The notes under the pieces: generated by a model
Told to the model about the DNA's origin: nothing
The model's input: only the letters and a program-made list of their open reading frames with translations
The model's database searches: none
Made by a program: the position numbers and the translations under genes
Source of the DNA: Mycolicibacterium smegmatis
GTDB lineage: Bacteria > Actinomycetota > Actinomycetes > Mycobacteriales > Mycobacteriaceae
NCBI RefSeq assembly: GCF_001457595.1
Contig: NZ_LN831039.1
Location: forward strand, 2,910,001 to 2,942,000
Direction of reading: 5' to 3'
DNA: 32,000 nt
In this document: in pieces, positions 10,090 through 18,955 of the stretch
Layout: each line of letters starts with the position of its first letter
Numbering within the stretch: position 1 is the first letter of the stretch

Positions 10090-10872
10090 CTACCCACGGA
10101 CGTAACGCGTGTACAAGTAGCCCTCGTCGTCGGTCAGCAGGTGCGACACCCGCATCCGGGTCCGCGCCTGCCCGATACCGGCCGCGATGCGTGGCGCCCC
10201 GCCGCCGACGAGGACCGGGGCGATGGTCAGGCACAGCTCGTCGAGCAGGTCGTGTTCGATCAGCAGACCCAGCAGGCTCGGCCCGCCCTCGGTGAGCACC
10301 CGGAACAGCTTGCGCTCGGCCAGGATCTGCAGCGCCCGCGCCGGGTCGACGCGCGTGCGGTCGGCGCCCGAGGCGTCGAGCACCTCGGCCACCCCGCCCA
10401 GCCGGCGGCGCGCGTCCGAGACGGTGTGCGCGGTCGTGAGGATCAGGGGGCGCACCTCGGTGCGGGTGAAGATCTTGGCGTCGGGTTCCAGATCGGCCGA
10501 CGCGGTGACGATCGCGATCGGCGGCACCTCGGCCTGACCGCGGCGCTGCCGCGCCTGCCGCTGCGGCACCGACAGCTGCACGCCCGAGTAGTTCTCGATG
10601 CGCACCGTCGATGCGCCCATGAGAATCACGTCGGCGGTCTCGCGCATGAGATTGAACACAGCCCGGTCACCGGCGCCGCCGAGGCCACCGGACTTGCCGT
10701 CCTGTGTCGCGGCGCCGTCGAGGCTGACGATCATGTTCGCTCTCACGCGACATTTCCGCAGGTCGTCGGGGTAGGCGTAGAACCGCGTTGTCAGTTCGTC
10801 GTCGCCGCTGCCGACGGTTCTGCCGCCCGCCGTGAGCTCGGTGAACCGGGCCGGGGCGGTGTCATCGGACAT
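10090..10872 (-). CDS. RibD C-terminal domain reductase (Rv2671-like; dihydrofolate-reductase-like fold)
   Basis: 260 aa. RANMIVSLDGAATQDGKSGGLGGAGDRAVFNLMRETADVILMGASTV is the RibD_C/DHFR-like core. Confidence 0.85.
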   Translation of the reverse strand: MSDDTAPARFTELTAGGRTVGSGDDELTTRFYAYPDDLRKCRVRANMIVSLDGAATQDGKSGGLGGAGDRAVFNLMRETADVILMGASTVRIENYSGVQLSVPQRQARQRRGQAEVPPIAIVTASADLEPDAKIFTRTEVRPLILTTAHTVSDARRRLGGVAEVLDASGADRTRVDPARALQILAERKLFRVLTEGGPSLLGLLIEHDLLDELCLTIAPVLVGGGAPRIAAGIGQARTRMRVSHLLTDDEGYLYTRYVRG

Positions 10873-10906
10873 GAACTGAATTTGAGCACGTCGTTACGCT
10901 TCCTGC

Positions 10907-11944
10907 ATGCACGGGTCCAGCGGTGTCGCTTCTCTTTCCGATCGTCGTCCCTCCGTCACCCCCGAACGGTTGGTCGCCGAACTGGTGCCGCCGCCCACCT
11001 TCGCCGACGTCAGCTTCGACAGCTACCGGCCCGATCCGGCCGAACCGACGCAGGCCGCCGCGGTGCAGTCGTGCCGGCAGTTCTGCGAACAGGCCGCCGA
11101 GCGGCGTGCGGGCAAGAAGAAGTTGTTCGGCAAGCGCGAGGTGCTGCCCGGCGTCGGCCTGTACCTCGACGGCGGATTCGGTGTCGGCAAGACCCACCTT
11201 CTGGCCTCGACCTACTACACGCTCTCGCAGGGCAACGCCAAGACCGCGTTCGCGACCTTCGGCGAACTGACCCAGCTGGCAGGCGTGTTCGGCTACAACG
11301 AGTGCATCGACCTGCTGGCCGAGTACGTGGTGGTGTGCATCGACGAGTTCGAACTCGACGACCCGGGCAACACGACGCTGATCTCGCGGCTGCTGTCGGC
11401 TCTCGTGGAGCGTGGCGTGTCGATCGCGGCGACGTCCAACACGCTGCCCGAGCAGCTGGGCGAGGGCCGGTTCGCCGCGCAGGACTTCCTGCGCGAGATC
11501 AACACGCTGGCAAAGATTTTCACGACCGTGCGCATCGAGGGCCCCGACTATCGGCACCGCGATCTGCCGCCCGCGCCGGAGCCGCTTTCGGACGCCGAGG
11601 TGGCCGAGCGCGCGGGCGGGGTCGACGGCGCGACGCTCGACGACTTCGACGCGCTGTGCGCGCACCTGGCCACCATGCACCCATCGCGTTACCACGCGCT
11701 GATCGAGGGCGTGTCCGAGGTGTTCATCACCGGGGTGCACCCGATCGAGGACCAGAGCGTGGCGCTGCGTCTCGTGGCACTGACCGACCGGCTCTACGAC
11801 GCGGGCATCCCGGTGCTGGCGTCCGGGACCAAGCTGGACACCATCTTCAGCGACGAGATGCTCGCGGGCGGGTTCCGCAAGAAGTACCTGCGCGCGACGT
11901 CACGCCTGCTGGCGCTGACCGCCGCGGCGCAGGAGAAGGCCTGA
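10907..11944 (+). CDS. zapE: AFG1/ZapE-family ATPase (Rv2670c-like)
   Basis: 345 aa with Walker A GGFGVGKTHL and Walker B VVCIDEFELDD. Confidence 0.85.
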   Translation: MHGSSGVASLSDRRPSVTPERLVAELVPPPTFADVSFDSYRPDPAEPTQAAAVQSCRQFCEQAAERRAGKKKLFGKREVLPGVGLYLDGGFGVGKTHLLASTYYTLSQGNAKTAFATFGELTQLAGVFGYNECIDLLAEYVVVCIDEFELDDPGNTTLISRLLSALVERGVSIAATSNTLPEQLGEGRFAAQDFLREINTLAKIFTTVRIEGPDYRHRDLPPAPEPLSDAEVAERAGGVDGATLDDFDALCAHLATMHPSRYHALIEGVSEVFITGVHPIEDQSVALRLVALTDRLYDAGIPVLASGTKLDTIFSDEMLAGGFRKKYLRATSRLLALTAAAQEKA

Positions 11945-11945
11945 G

Positions 11946-12476
11946 TCAGACCGGGCGCACCATCACGTAGTCGTTCTCGATGCCGGCGCCGAGCCGAAAG
12001 GTCTTGGTGCCGTTGATGGTGAAGCCGTGCTTGGAGTAGAACCGCTGCGCGCGCTCGTTCTGCTGGTTGACGCCGAGCCACACACAGCTCATGTCGAGTT
12101 CGGCCGCCCTGGTCAGGGTCGCGGTCATCAGCGCGGTGGACGCGCCGGTGCCGTGCCGGTCCGCCAGCACGTAGATCTTCGACAGTTCCAGCGCCGGGCG
12201 GGCCGGGACGGCGCGCTGCACGTCGGCGTCGTCGGGGACACCGCGGATGAGCATCGCGTAACCGATGATCGACGAATCCTCGCGCGCCACAAGCACAGTG
12301 CGGTCGGGGTCGGCGAGGTAGTCGCCGAAACGCCGCTCCGACAGGGTCTCTTCGATGAACGCCGCGATGTTGTCCGGGGTCGCCGAGGGCGGGCACGCCA
12401 GGGGGAAGGTGGCGGCGGCCACGGACGCGAGTTCGGGAAGGTCCGCGGGTTGGGCGATGTCGACGACGACGGGCAT
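11946..12476 (-). CDS. GNAT family N-acetyltransferase (Rv2669-like)
   Basis: Start taken at ATG 12476 (MPVVVDIAQPADL...). The acetyl-CoA motif reads ADRHGTGASTALM. The stop is 1 nt from the zapE stop (convergent). Confidence 0.8.
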   Translation of the reverse strand: MPVVVDIAQPADLPELASVAAATFPLACPPSATPDNIAAFIEETLSERRFGDYLADPDRTVLVAREDSSIIGYAMLIRGVPDDADVQRAVPARPALELSKIYVLADRHGTGASTALMTATLTRAAELDMSCVWLGVNQQNERAQRFYSKHGFTINGTKTFRLGAGIENDYVMVRPV

Positions 12477-12480
12477 GCCG

Positions 12481-13014
12481 TCAGGGTAGCGGCGCCCCCG
12501 GCTGCCACAGATTCCACTGCGCCAGATGCTGTCCGGTCTTGCGGTCGGTGAGCACCACATTGGTGACCAGTGCGCGGTAGACGTCCCAGTACACGTCGCC
12601 GTTGACCGTCGCGCCAGGGGGAGCGTTGCGCAGCGCGAGTTCCAGCGCGTTGGGCGCGTCGGTGTGCTTGGGCTGGTACGCGTCGGCGTACGGGGTCACG
12701 CCGTTGAAGTTGAACGACAGTGCCATCGCGTACGGGGTGGGGGAGGACACCGTCGTGACGGTCACCGGTGCCCGCCAGGGGCTGCCTTGTGCCCGCCAGC
12801 GCGGGGAACCGTTCCAGCCCCAACCGGGCGGCACCTCGGAGGCGAGGACGTCGTGCACGGTGACGTCGGCGACGATGCCGTTGTGGTCGACGCGCAGCGT
12901 CTCACCGATCCGCCCGATCGGGGTTCCCGCGGCGGCCGCGTGCGGGGCCGTGAGCCCGGCGAGGACCGTCAGGGCGGAGACCAGGAGTGCGAACCAGCGA
13001 GCCATGCCACGCAT
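12481..13014 (-). CDS. exported protein, MPT63/DUF1942-like (tentative)
   Basis: 177 aa with signal peptide MRGMARWFALLVSALTVLAGLTAPHAAAAG. The beta-rich mature part (GDVYWDVY...VVLTD) resembles MPT63-type proteins by eye only. The stop is 4 nt upstream of the GNAT start. Confidence 0.55.
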   Translation of the reverse strand: MRGMARWFALLVSALTVLAGLTAPHAAAAGTPIGRIGETLRVDHNGIVADVTVHDVLASEVPPGWGWNGSPRWRAQGSPWRAPVTVTTVSSPTPYAMALSFNFNGVTPYADAYQPKHTDAPNALELALRNAPPGATVNGDVYWDVYRALVTNVVLTDRKTGQHLAQWNLWQPGAPLP

Positions 13015-13052
13015 GATCGCACAGACTGAAACGTGTTACAGCCGCTTGGGCG

Positions 13053-13484
13053 TCACGACACCCAGGGGCCGACGCCGCCGACCTTGTCGATGCGGATGCG
13101 GGTGAGCCACCCTTCGGGGGCGTCTTCCGGCGGAAATCCGGAGTCCGGTGCGGCCAGGGTCTGCGCGAGTCTCTTCAGCAGATCCTTGGCGCCGCCCTCG
13201 ACGATCCGTGCGGTTCCCGTGATGGACAGGTACGGGCGCATCACCTTGCCGACCTTGCCCGGGTCGGCGATCGTGACGGCCACGCGCGGGTCGCGGCGCA
13301 CGTTGCGCACCTTCTTGTGCTCGGACAGGTGCGCGGTGACCAGTTCGTCACCGTCGGGGGTGGACTCGAAGGCGACCCACACCAGCGTGGCCTGTGGGCT
13401 GCCGTCTGGGTTGAGGGTGACCAGGGTGGCGTCGGCACCGTTCCCGATGAATTCACGCGCGGCGTCGTTGAGTTTCATGACCAC
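13053..13484 (-). CDS. PPOX-class (pyridoxamine 5'-phosphate oxidase fold) probable F420-dependent enzyme
   Basis: 143 aa. ATLVTLNPDGSPQATLVW...KKVRNVRRDPRVAVTI...YLSITGTARIVEGG is typical of the actinobacterial PPOX/F420 family. Confidence 0.75.
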   Translation of the reverse strand: MVMKLNDAAREFIGNGADATLVTLNPDGSPQATLVWVAFESTPDGDELVTAHLSEHKKVRNVRRDPRVAVTIADPGKVGKVMRPYLSITGTARIVEGGAKDLLKRLAQTLAAPDSGFPPEDAPEGWLTRIRIDKVGGVGPWVS

Positions 13485-13520
13485 TATCTACAGTGGCGCG
13501 GCCGCGTACATTCCCGCGTT

Positions 13521-14255
13521 TCACTCCGCCGGTTTGGTCATGAACGGTTCCAGCGCGGTGCGCAGGTCGGCCTCGAAGCGTTCGGCGTCGACCCCGAGCC
13601 GGTGCAGCGGCCCGTCCCCGTCCTCGGCGTCGACGAGCGCGAGCAGGATGTGCTCGGTCCCGATGTAGTTGTGGCCCAGACGAAGTGCCTGACGGAAGGT
13701 CAGCTCCAGGGCCTTCTTGGCTGCCGTGTCGAACGGGATCAGCGCGGCGGCCTCGCCGGTCGACGGTGGCAGCGTCACGGCCGCGCGCACCGCGTCGGCG
13801 TCGACGCCCTGGCCGGCCAGCAGCTTGGCGGCCAGGCCCTCGGTGTCGGCGAACAGTCCCAGAAGCAGGTGGTCTGGCGTGATCTCGGCGTTGCGCGCGT
13901 CGTGTGCGAGGTTGTGGGCGACGACGATGACGTTGCGGGCGCGCGGCGTGAACCGGCCGAACCCCTCCTCCGGGTTGAGCGCGGTCGGGTCGAAGTCGGG
14001 CACCTTGGGGACGAAACGCTTCTGGGCGGCCTGCTTGGTGACGCCCATGCACTTGCCGATCTCGGTCCACGACGCGCCCGAGCGGCGCGCCTGGTCGACG
14101 AAATGACCGATCAGGTGGTCGGCGATCTCGCCGAGCGCGTCGGCCGCGATGACGGCGTCGGTGAGTTGTTCGAGCGGTTCGGTGTGCGCGTGCTTGATGC
14201 CGTCGATGAGGTCGTCGAGGCGGACGGGGTTGGTGATCTTGGCGTGTTCGACCAT
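13521..14255 (-). CDS. clpC2: ClpC2-like protein: N-terminal HTH-like region plus Clp N-terminal repeat domain, no AAA+ module (Rv2667-like)
   Basis: Two Clp_N repeats (RFTPRARNVIVVAHNLA..., FDTAAKKALELTFRQALRLGHNYIGTEHILLAL). An HTH-like stretch reads SWTEIGKCMGVTKQAAQKRF. I prefer ATG 14255; the ORF-track start 14291 is a TTG inside a palindrome. Confidence 0.8.
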   Translation of the reverse strand: MVEHAKITNPVRLDDLIDGIKHAHTEPLEQLTDAVIAADALGEIADHLIGHFVDQARRSGASWTEIGKCMGVTKQAAQKRFVPKVPDFDPTALNPEEGFGRFTPRARNVIVVAHNLAHDARNAEITPDHLLLGLFADTEGLAAKLLAGQGVDADAVRAAVTLPPSTGEAAALIPFDTAAKKALELTFRQALRLGHNYIGTEHILLALVDAEDGDGPLHRLGVDAERFEADLRTALEPFMTKPAE

Positions 14256-14257
14256 GC

Positions 14258-14304
14258 CGTCAACGTTAGGTTGACGATGATTCGGCGTCAACCTCGGGTT
14301 GACG
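14258..14304. promoter_or_regulatory. two tandem perfect 7-5-7 palindromes (candidate operator pair) in the clpC2 / kinase divergent region
   Basis: CGTCAAC-GTTAG-GTTGACG at 14258-14276 and CGTCAAC-CTCGG-GTTGACG at 14286-14304, with centres 28 bp apart. On the minus strand the first spacer contains TAACGT (TANNNT), 7 nt upstream of ATG 14255. Confidence 0.5.
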
Positions 14305-14356
14305 ATCTTGAGGTCGGGGGCGCAGGGCCGCGCGGCGGATCGGGCAAGATAGCGCC

Positions 14357-15754
14357 GTGACTTTCGAAGAGCGCATGATCCGCCTGCTGCGGCCCGTACT
14401 GCGGCCGGTGATGCGGGTGCTGTCGTTGCGCACGATCGTCATCGTCGCCGCGCTGTCCGTGGTGGTCCTGGTGCTCACGCTCGGCACCTGGGTGTGGATC
14501 GGCGTCACCAACGACCAGTACGCCCAGTTGGACCGGCGCCTGGATTCGCTCAGCAGCCTCGGCGACGTCAGCACGCTGCTCAACAGCACGCGCGAGACCG
14601 ACGCCGACAACGCCGGCCACGACGACGGCGGGCTGGTGCGCACCGCGTACATCGGCGGCGTCACGGTCTCGGTGCCCAGCGACATCGTGCTGCCGCACCT
14701 GGAGAACGGGTACGCCAACACCACGATCGACGGCGTCGAATACCGCGTGCGGACCTTCACCGCGGGCCCGGCGACCATCGCGCTGGGCGCGCCGCTGGCC
14801 GAGACGCAGCGGCGCATCGACGAACTGCATCTGCGCGTGGTGCTGATCTGCGCGGGCGTCATCGCGGGCACCGTGGTGGTCGGCTGGGTGATCTCGCTGG
14901 TGATGATCAACCCGTTCCGCCTGCTGGCCCAGCAGGCGCGTGCCATCAACGCGCAGTCCAACCCAGAAGAGGTCAAGGTGCGCGGCGTGCGTGAGGCCGT
15001 CGAGATCGCCGAGGCCGTCGAGGGGATGCTCGCGCGCATCGGCAGCGAACAGGAACGCACCAAGGCCGCCCTGGAATCCGCGCGCGATTTCGCGGCGGTC
15101 GCCTCGCACGAACTGCGAACGCCGCTGACGGCGATGCGCACCAACCTCGAGGTGCTCTCGACGCTGGACATGACCCCCGAACAGCGGCAGGAGGTGATCG
15201 GCGACGTCATGCGGACCCAGAGCCGCATCGAGGCCACCCTCACCGCGCTCGAACGCCTCGCGCAGGGTGAGCTGACCACGGTCGAGGACTTCGTCCCGAT
15301 GGACGTCACCGAACTGCTCGACCGCGCCGCGCACGACGCGCAGCACACCTATCCGGGGCTCAAGGTCACGCTCATGCCGTCGCCGACGGTGCTCATGCTG
15401 GGTATGCCCGCGGGGCTGCGCCTGGTGATCGACAACGCGATCGCCAACGCGGTCAAGCACGGGGGCGCCACCGAGATCCGGCTGAGCGCGGTCAGTTCGG
15501 CCGACGACGTCGAGATCGCGGTCGACGACAACGGATCCGGCGTGCCCGAGGCCGAACGCGCGGAGGTGTTCGAACGCTTCGCGCGGGGTTCGACGGCGTC
15601 GCGCTCAGGCTCGGGGCTGGGGCTCGCGCTGGTCGCCCAGCAGGCCGAATTGCACGGTGGCAAAGCCGCTCTGGAGGAGAGCCCGCTCGGTGGGGCGCGT
15701 CTGCTGCTGCGGTTGCCGATCAACCGGTCCCGCGGCGACGACGCCTCGTTCTGA
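14357..15754 (+). CDS. sensor histidine kinase (2 TM, HAMP, HisKA, HATPase_c), no adjacent response regulator
   Basis: 465 aa with a GTG start. H-box ASHELRTPLTAMRTNLEVL, N-box NAIANAVKHG, G-boxes DDNGSGVP and GSGLGLALV. Confidence 0.85.
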   Translation: MTFEERMIRLLRPVLRPVMRVLSLRTIVIVAALSVVVLVLTLGTWVWIGVTNDQYAQLDRRLDSLSSLGDVSTLLNSTRETDADNAGHDDGGLVRTAYIGGVTVSVPSDIVLPHLENGYANTTIDGVEYRVRTFTAGPATIALGAPLAETQRRIDELHLRVVLICAGVIAGTVVVGWVISLVMINPFRLLAQQARAINAQSNPEEVKVRGVREAVEIAEAVEGMLARIGSEQERTKAALESARDFAAVASHELRTPLTAMRTNLEVLSTLDMTPEQRQEVIGDVMRTQSRIEATLTALERLAQGELTTVEDFVPMDVTELLDRAAHDAQHTYPGLKVTLMPSPTVLMLGMPAGLRLVIDNAIANAVKHGGATEIRLSAVSSADDVEIAVDDNGSGVPEAERAEVFERFARGSTASRSGSGLGLALVAQQAELHGGKAALEESPLGGARLLLRLPINRSRGDDASF

Positions 15755-15757
15755 CGG

Positions 15758-16435
15758 TCAGCCCTGCGGGTCGGGCGTCTGCGCCAGCAGGTCGTCGAGG
15801 AACCCGCCGGCTTCGCGGCCTGCGCGCTCGACGTCACCCGCGGCGATGGCCTCGACGAGCCCGCGGTGGCTGACCTTGCCGTCGGGCCGGGCGCTCGCGG
15901 TGGCCACGCTGGCGGTGATCGCCTCGATCAGGCCCCGGTAGAGCTCGATGAGCACGCTGTTGTGCGACGCGCGCACCACTGCGAGGTGGAATGCGGTGTC
16001 GCTGTGCACGAAGTCGTCGTCGTCGGAGGTTTCGGTGCGGTCCAGGAACGCGCGCAGCTCGGCAAGATCGGCGTCGGTGCGGTTGCTCGCGGCCAGCCGC
16101 GCGCCCTCGACTTCGAGGCAGCGTCGCACCTGGAGCACCTCGCGCAGTTCCGAGCCGCACAGCCGGCGCAGTGCGCCGGAGACTTCGCTGGTGGCACGCA
16201 CGTAGGTGCCGTCGCCCTGGCGAACCTCCAGGATGCCGCTGTGGGCGAGCGCCCGGACGGCCTCGCGGAGCGTGTTGCGGCCGACGCCGAGGGTGTCGGC
16301 GAGTTCCGGTTCGGTGGGGATCTTCGTTCCGACGGGCCATTCCCCGGAGCTCACCGAGGCACGAAGTTGCTCGATCACCTGATCGACCAGTCCCGTCCGG
16401 CGGGTGGACGCGAGCGGCACGGATAACCCTTTCAT
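15758..16435 (-). CDS. GntR-family transcriptional regulator, FadR (FCD) subfamily
   Basis: 225 aa. The winged HTH reads KIPTEPELADTLGVGRNTLREAVRALAHSGILEVRQGDGTYV, followed by an all-helical FCD-like C-terminus. Confidence 0.85.
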   Translation of the reverse strand: MKGLSVPLASTRRTGLVDQVIEQLRASVSSGEWPVGTKIPTEPELADTLGVGRNTLREAVRALAHSGILEVRQGDGTYVRATSEVSGALRRLCGSELREVLQVRRCLEVEGARLAASNRTDADLAELRAFLDRTETSDDDDFVHSDTAFHLAVVRASHNSVLIELYRGLIEAITASVATASARPDGKVSHRGLVEAIAAGDVERAGREAGGFLDDLLAQTPDPQG

Positions 16436-16559
16436 CCAATCATGGGATGTATGGGACCCTAGCGGAGTGAACCGGAACGTGCCCAGAAACTCTCTCGACA
16501 GCTATGAGCACGACCTGGAGCTCGAGATCGACGGGGCCGCGGAGTTCCGCGCACCCGCG

Positions 16560-17720
16560 ATGGCCGCGGGCGGTGTGCTCCTGGCCGTCGCCGTGGTGCT
16601 GACGGCGCTGAACCTGCGGCCCGCGATCACCAGCGTCGGCCCGCTGCTGGGGGACATGCGGTCGGACCTGGGCGCCTCCGGGGTGTGGGCCGGCGTGCTC
16701 ACCACCATGCCCGGGCTGTGTTTCGCCGCGGCCGGTCTGGCCGCCCCCTGGCTTGCGCGCAAACTCGGTCTGGGATGGGCGATCTCGCTGGCCATGGGGG
16801 TGCTGACCGTCGGACTGCTGGTGCGTGTGCTCGACGGCGCGCTGGTGGTGCTGGGCGGGACGCTGGTCGCCACGGGCGGCATCGCCCTGATCAACGTGCT
16901 GATCCCGGTGGTCATCAAGGGTTCGTTCCCGGCCCGCATCGGCTTGATGACGGGCATCTACACCGCGGCCCTGCAGGGCGGCGGCGCATTGGGTTCGGGC
17001 GTGACGTCGCCGCTTCAGGACGTGCTCGGCGGATGGCGCGAGGCGCTGGGAAGCTGGACCGTGCTGGCGCTGGCCGCACTGGTGGTGTGGCTTCTGGCCG
17101 CACGCAGCATCCACGGTGCCCGCACCACTCCCATGACCGCGTCCGGCAAGAGCCGGTCGTTGCTCCGGAACCCGCTGGCGTGGACGGTGACGCTGTTCTT
17201 CGGCTGCCAGGCGTTCCTGGCCTACATCGTGATGGGCTGGCTGCCAGAGGTGTTCATCGACAGCGGTGTCGGCAAGACCCAGGCCGGGCTGCTCGTCGGC
17301 CTGGTGTCACTGCTCGCGGTGCCCATCAGCCTGGTGGTCGCGCCGCTGGCCGCGCGCCAGTCCGGTCAGACCGGATGGATCGTCGGCCTCGGCGTGGTGG
17401 GGTTCGCCGGAATGGTCGGTCTGCTGGTCGACCCGGGTGCCGCGCCGCTGTTGTGGAGCGTGCTCGTGGGTCTCGGCATGAGCGTGTTCTCGTTGGCGCT
17501 CACCGTGATCGCGTTGCGTGCCCGCACCGCCGACGACACCGCGCAGCTGTCCGGGATGGCGCAGGGCTTCGGCTACCTGCTGGCCGGTTTCGGCCCGTTC
17601 CTGTTCGGTCTGCTGCACGACGTGACCGGCGGGTGGACCGCGCCGTGGGCCCTGGTGCTGGCGGTCTATCTCGTGCAGATGGGGGCCGGAGCCCTCGCGG
17701 GTCGCAACCGCTACGTCTGA
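16560..17720 (+). CDS. MFS transporter, CynX/NimT-like
   Basis: 12-TM-like protein. Start placed at ATG 16560 (MAAGGVLLAVAVVLTALNLRPAITSVGPLL). The ORF-track start 16404 overlaps the GntR gene, and GTG 16467 is also possible. Divergent from the GntR gene. Confidence 0.8.
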   Translation: MAAGGVLLAVAVVLTALNLRPAITSVGPLLGDMRSDLGASGVWAGVLTTMPGLCFAAAGLAAPWLARKLGLGWAISLAMGVLTVGLLVRVLDGALVVLGGTLVATGGIALINVLIPVVIKGSFPARIGLMTGIYTAALQGGGALGSGVTSPLQDVLGGWREALGSWTVLALAALVVWLLAARSIHGARTTPMTASGKSRSLLRNPLAWTVTLFFGCQAFLAYIVMGWLPEVFIDSGVGKTQAGLLVGLVSLLAVPISLVVAPLAARQSGQTGWIVGLGVVGFAGMVGLLVDPGAAPLLWSVLVGLGMSVFSLALTVIALRARTADDTAQLSGMAQGFGYLLAGFGPFLFGLLHDVTGGWTAPWALVLAVYLVQMGAGALAGRNRYV

Positions 17721-17898
17721 TCGGTCACAAAGCGACGTTGTGGCCCCACAATCACGTGGTGCCTACCGCGAGGCACCGGGCTTCGGCAGCATCGGTGAGG
17801 TGAGCATCGACATCAGCCTCGACCCCGACACCGCTTTCGACACCGCACCACGCCCGTTCCACCTCGCGTGGTGTGCCCAACCACCGCGCCGCGCTTCG

Positions 17899-18950
17899 AT
17901 GTTCGCCCACATCACGCCCAACTGGTTCGCCTCGGTGATGGGCACCGGCATCGTCGCGACGGCCGCGGTGACCCTGCCCGTGCAGGCATCCGGTCTGCGC
18001 GCCTTCGCCACCGCGGTCTGGATCCTGGCCGCGGCCCTGCTGGTGGCGCTCACTGCCGCGTTCACGACGCACTGGATGCGGCACCGCCACCATGCCGTGG
18101 GCTATGCGAATCACCCTGTCATGGCCCAGTTCTACGGCGCCCCGGCGATGGCGCTGCTGACCGTCGGCGCTGGATCACTACTCCTCGGCCCCGCGGTGAT
18201 CGGCGAGTCTGCCGCCGTTCGGCTCGGCGTGGCGCTGTGGGTGGCCGGCACCGGTCTCGGACTCGCTGTGGCCGTGGTGATCCCGTACCGGATGATCACC
18301 CGGTGCGGTCGAGAAGTGGCGGCGGTGCCTGCCTGGATGATGCCGGTGGTGCCGCCGATGGTCTCCGCGTCCACCGGGGCATTGCTGCTCGGTCATCTCG
18401 GCCCCGGGCAGGCGGGGGAGACGCTGCTCATGGCGTGTTACGCGATGTTCGGGCTCAGCCTGCTGGTGGGGTTCGTGACCGTGACGATGGTCTACTCGCG
18501 GTTGATGCACGGCGGTCTGCCCGAGATGCAGGCCATCCCGACCGTCTGGATCGTGCTGGGTGTCATCGGTCAGTCGATCACCGCGACGAATCTTCTTGCC
18601 GCCCACGCCTCATCAGTGGTCACCGATACCTCCGTGGTGAGCGCACTCCACGCGTTCGGGATCGTGTACGGGGTGGTGATGGGCGGGTTCGGGGCCTTTG
18701 TGTTCTGCGTGGCGGCCGCGTTGACGGTGCACGCCGCGCGGCGCGGGTTGTCGTTCACGCTGACGTGGTGGAGTTTCACGTTCCCCGTCGGCACGTGCGT
18801 GACCGGTGCGTCGGCGCTGGGGCCGCGACCGGGGCGGTGGTGTTCTCGGGCCTTGCCGTGCTGCTCTACGTCGCGTTGCTGGTGGCGTGGGTCACCGTCG
18901 CCATGCACACGGTGCGCGGTGTGGCATCCGGGCGGTTGCTGGCGGGCTGA
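17899..18950 (+). pseudogene. TDT (TehA/Mae1, SLAC1-like) family transporter interrupted by an apparent -1 nt frameshift
   Basis: Frame 1 reads MFAHITPNWFASVMGTGIV...FTFPVGTCVTGASALG, then degenerates into Arg/Pro junk. The hydrophobic C-terminus AATGAVVFSGLAVLLYVALLVAWVTVAMH...LLAG* continues in frame 0 and stops at 18950. The switch is at the GGGG run 18819-18822. The start is uncertain (GTG 17800 is possible). Confidence 0.7.
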
Positions 18951-18955
18951 GCCGT

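Noticed and set aside
10060-11970. 636-aa plus-strand ORF
   Set aside because: It is antisense to the RibD-C gene, out of frame with zapE, and Arg-rich junk.
16442-16456. ATGGGA-TGT-ATGGGA direct repeat in the GntR/MFS divergent promoter
   Set aside because: It is only 6 bp per copy and does not resemble the usual FadR-type inverted repeat, so support is too weak.
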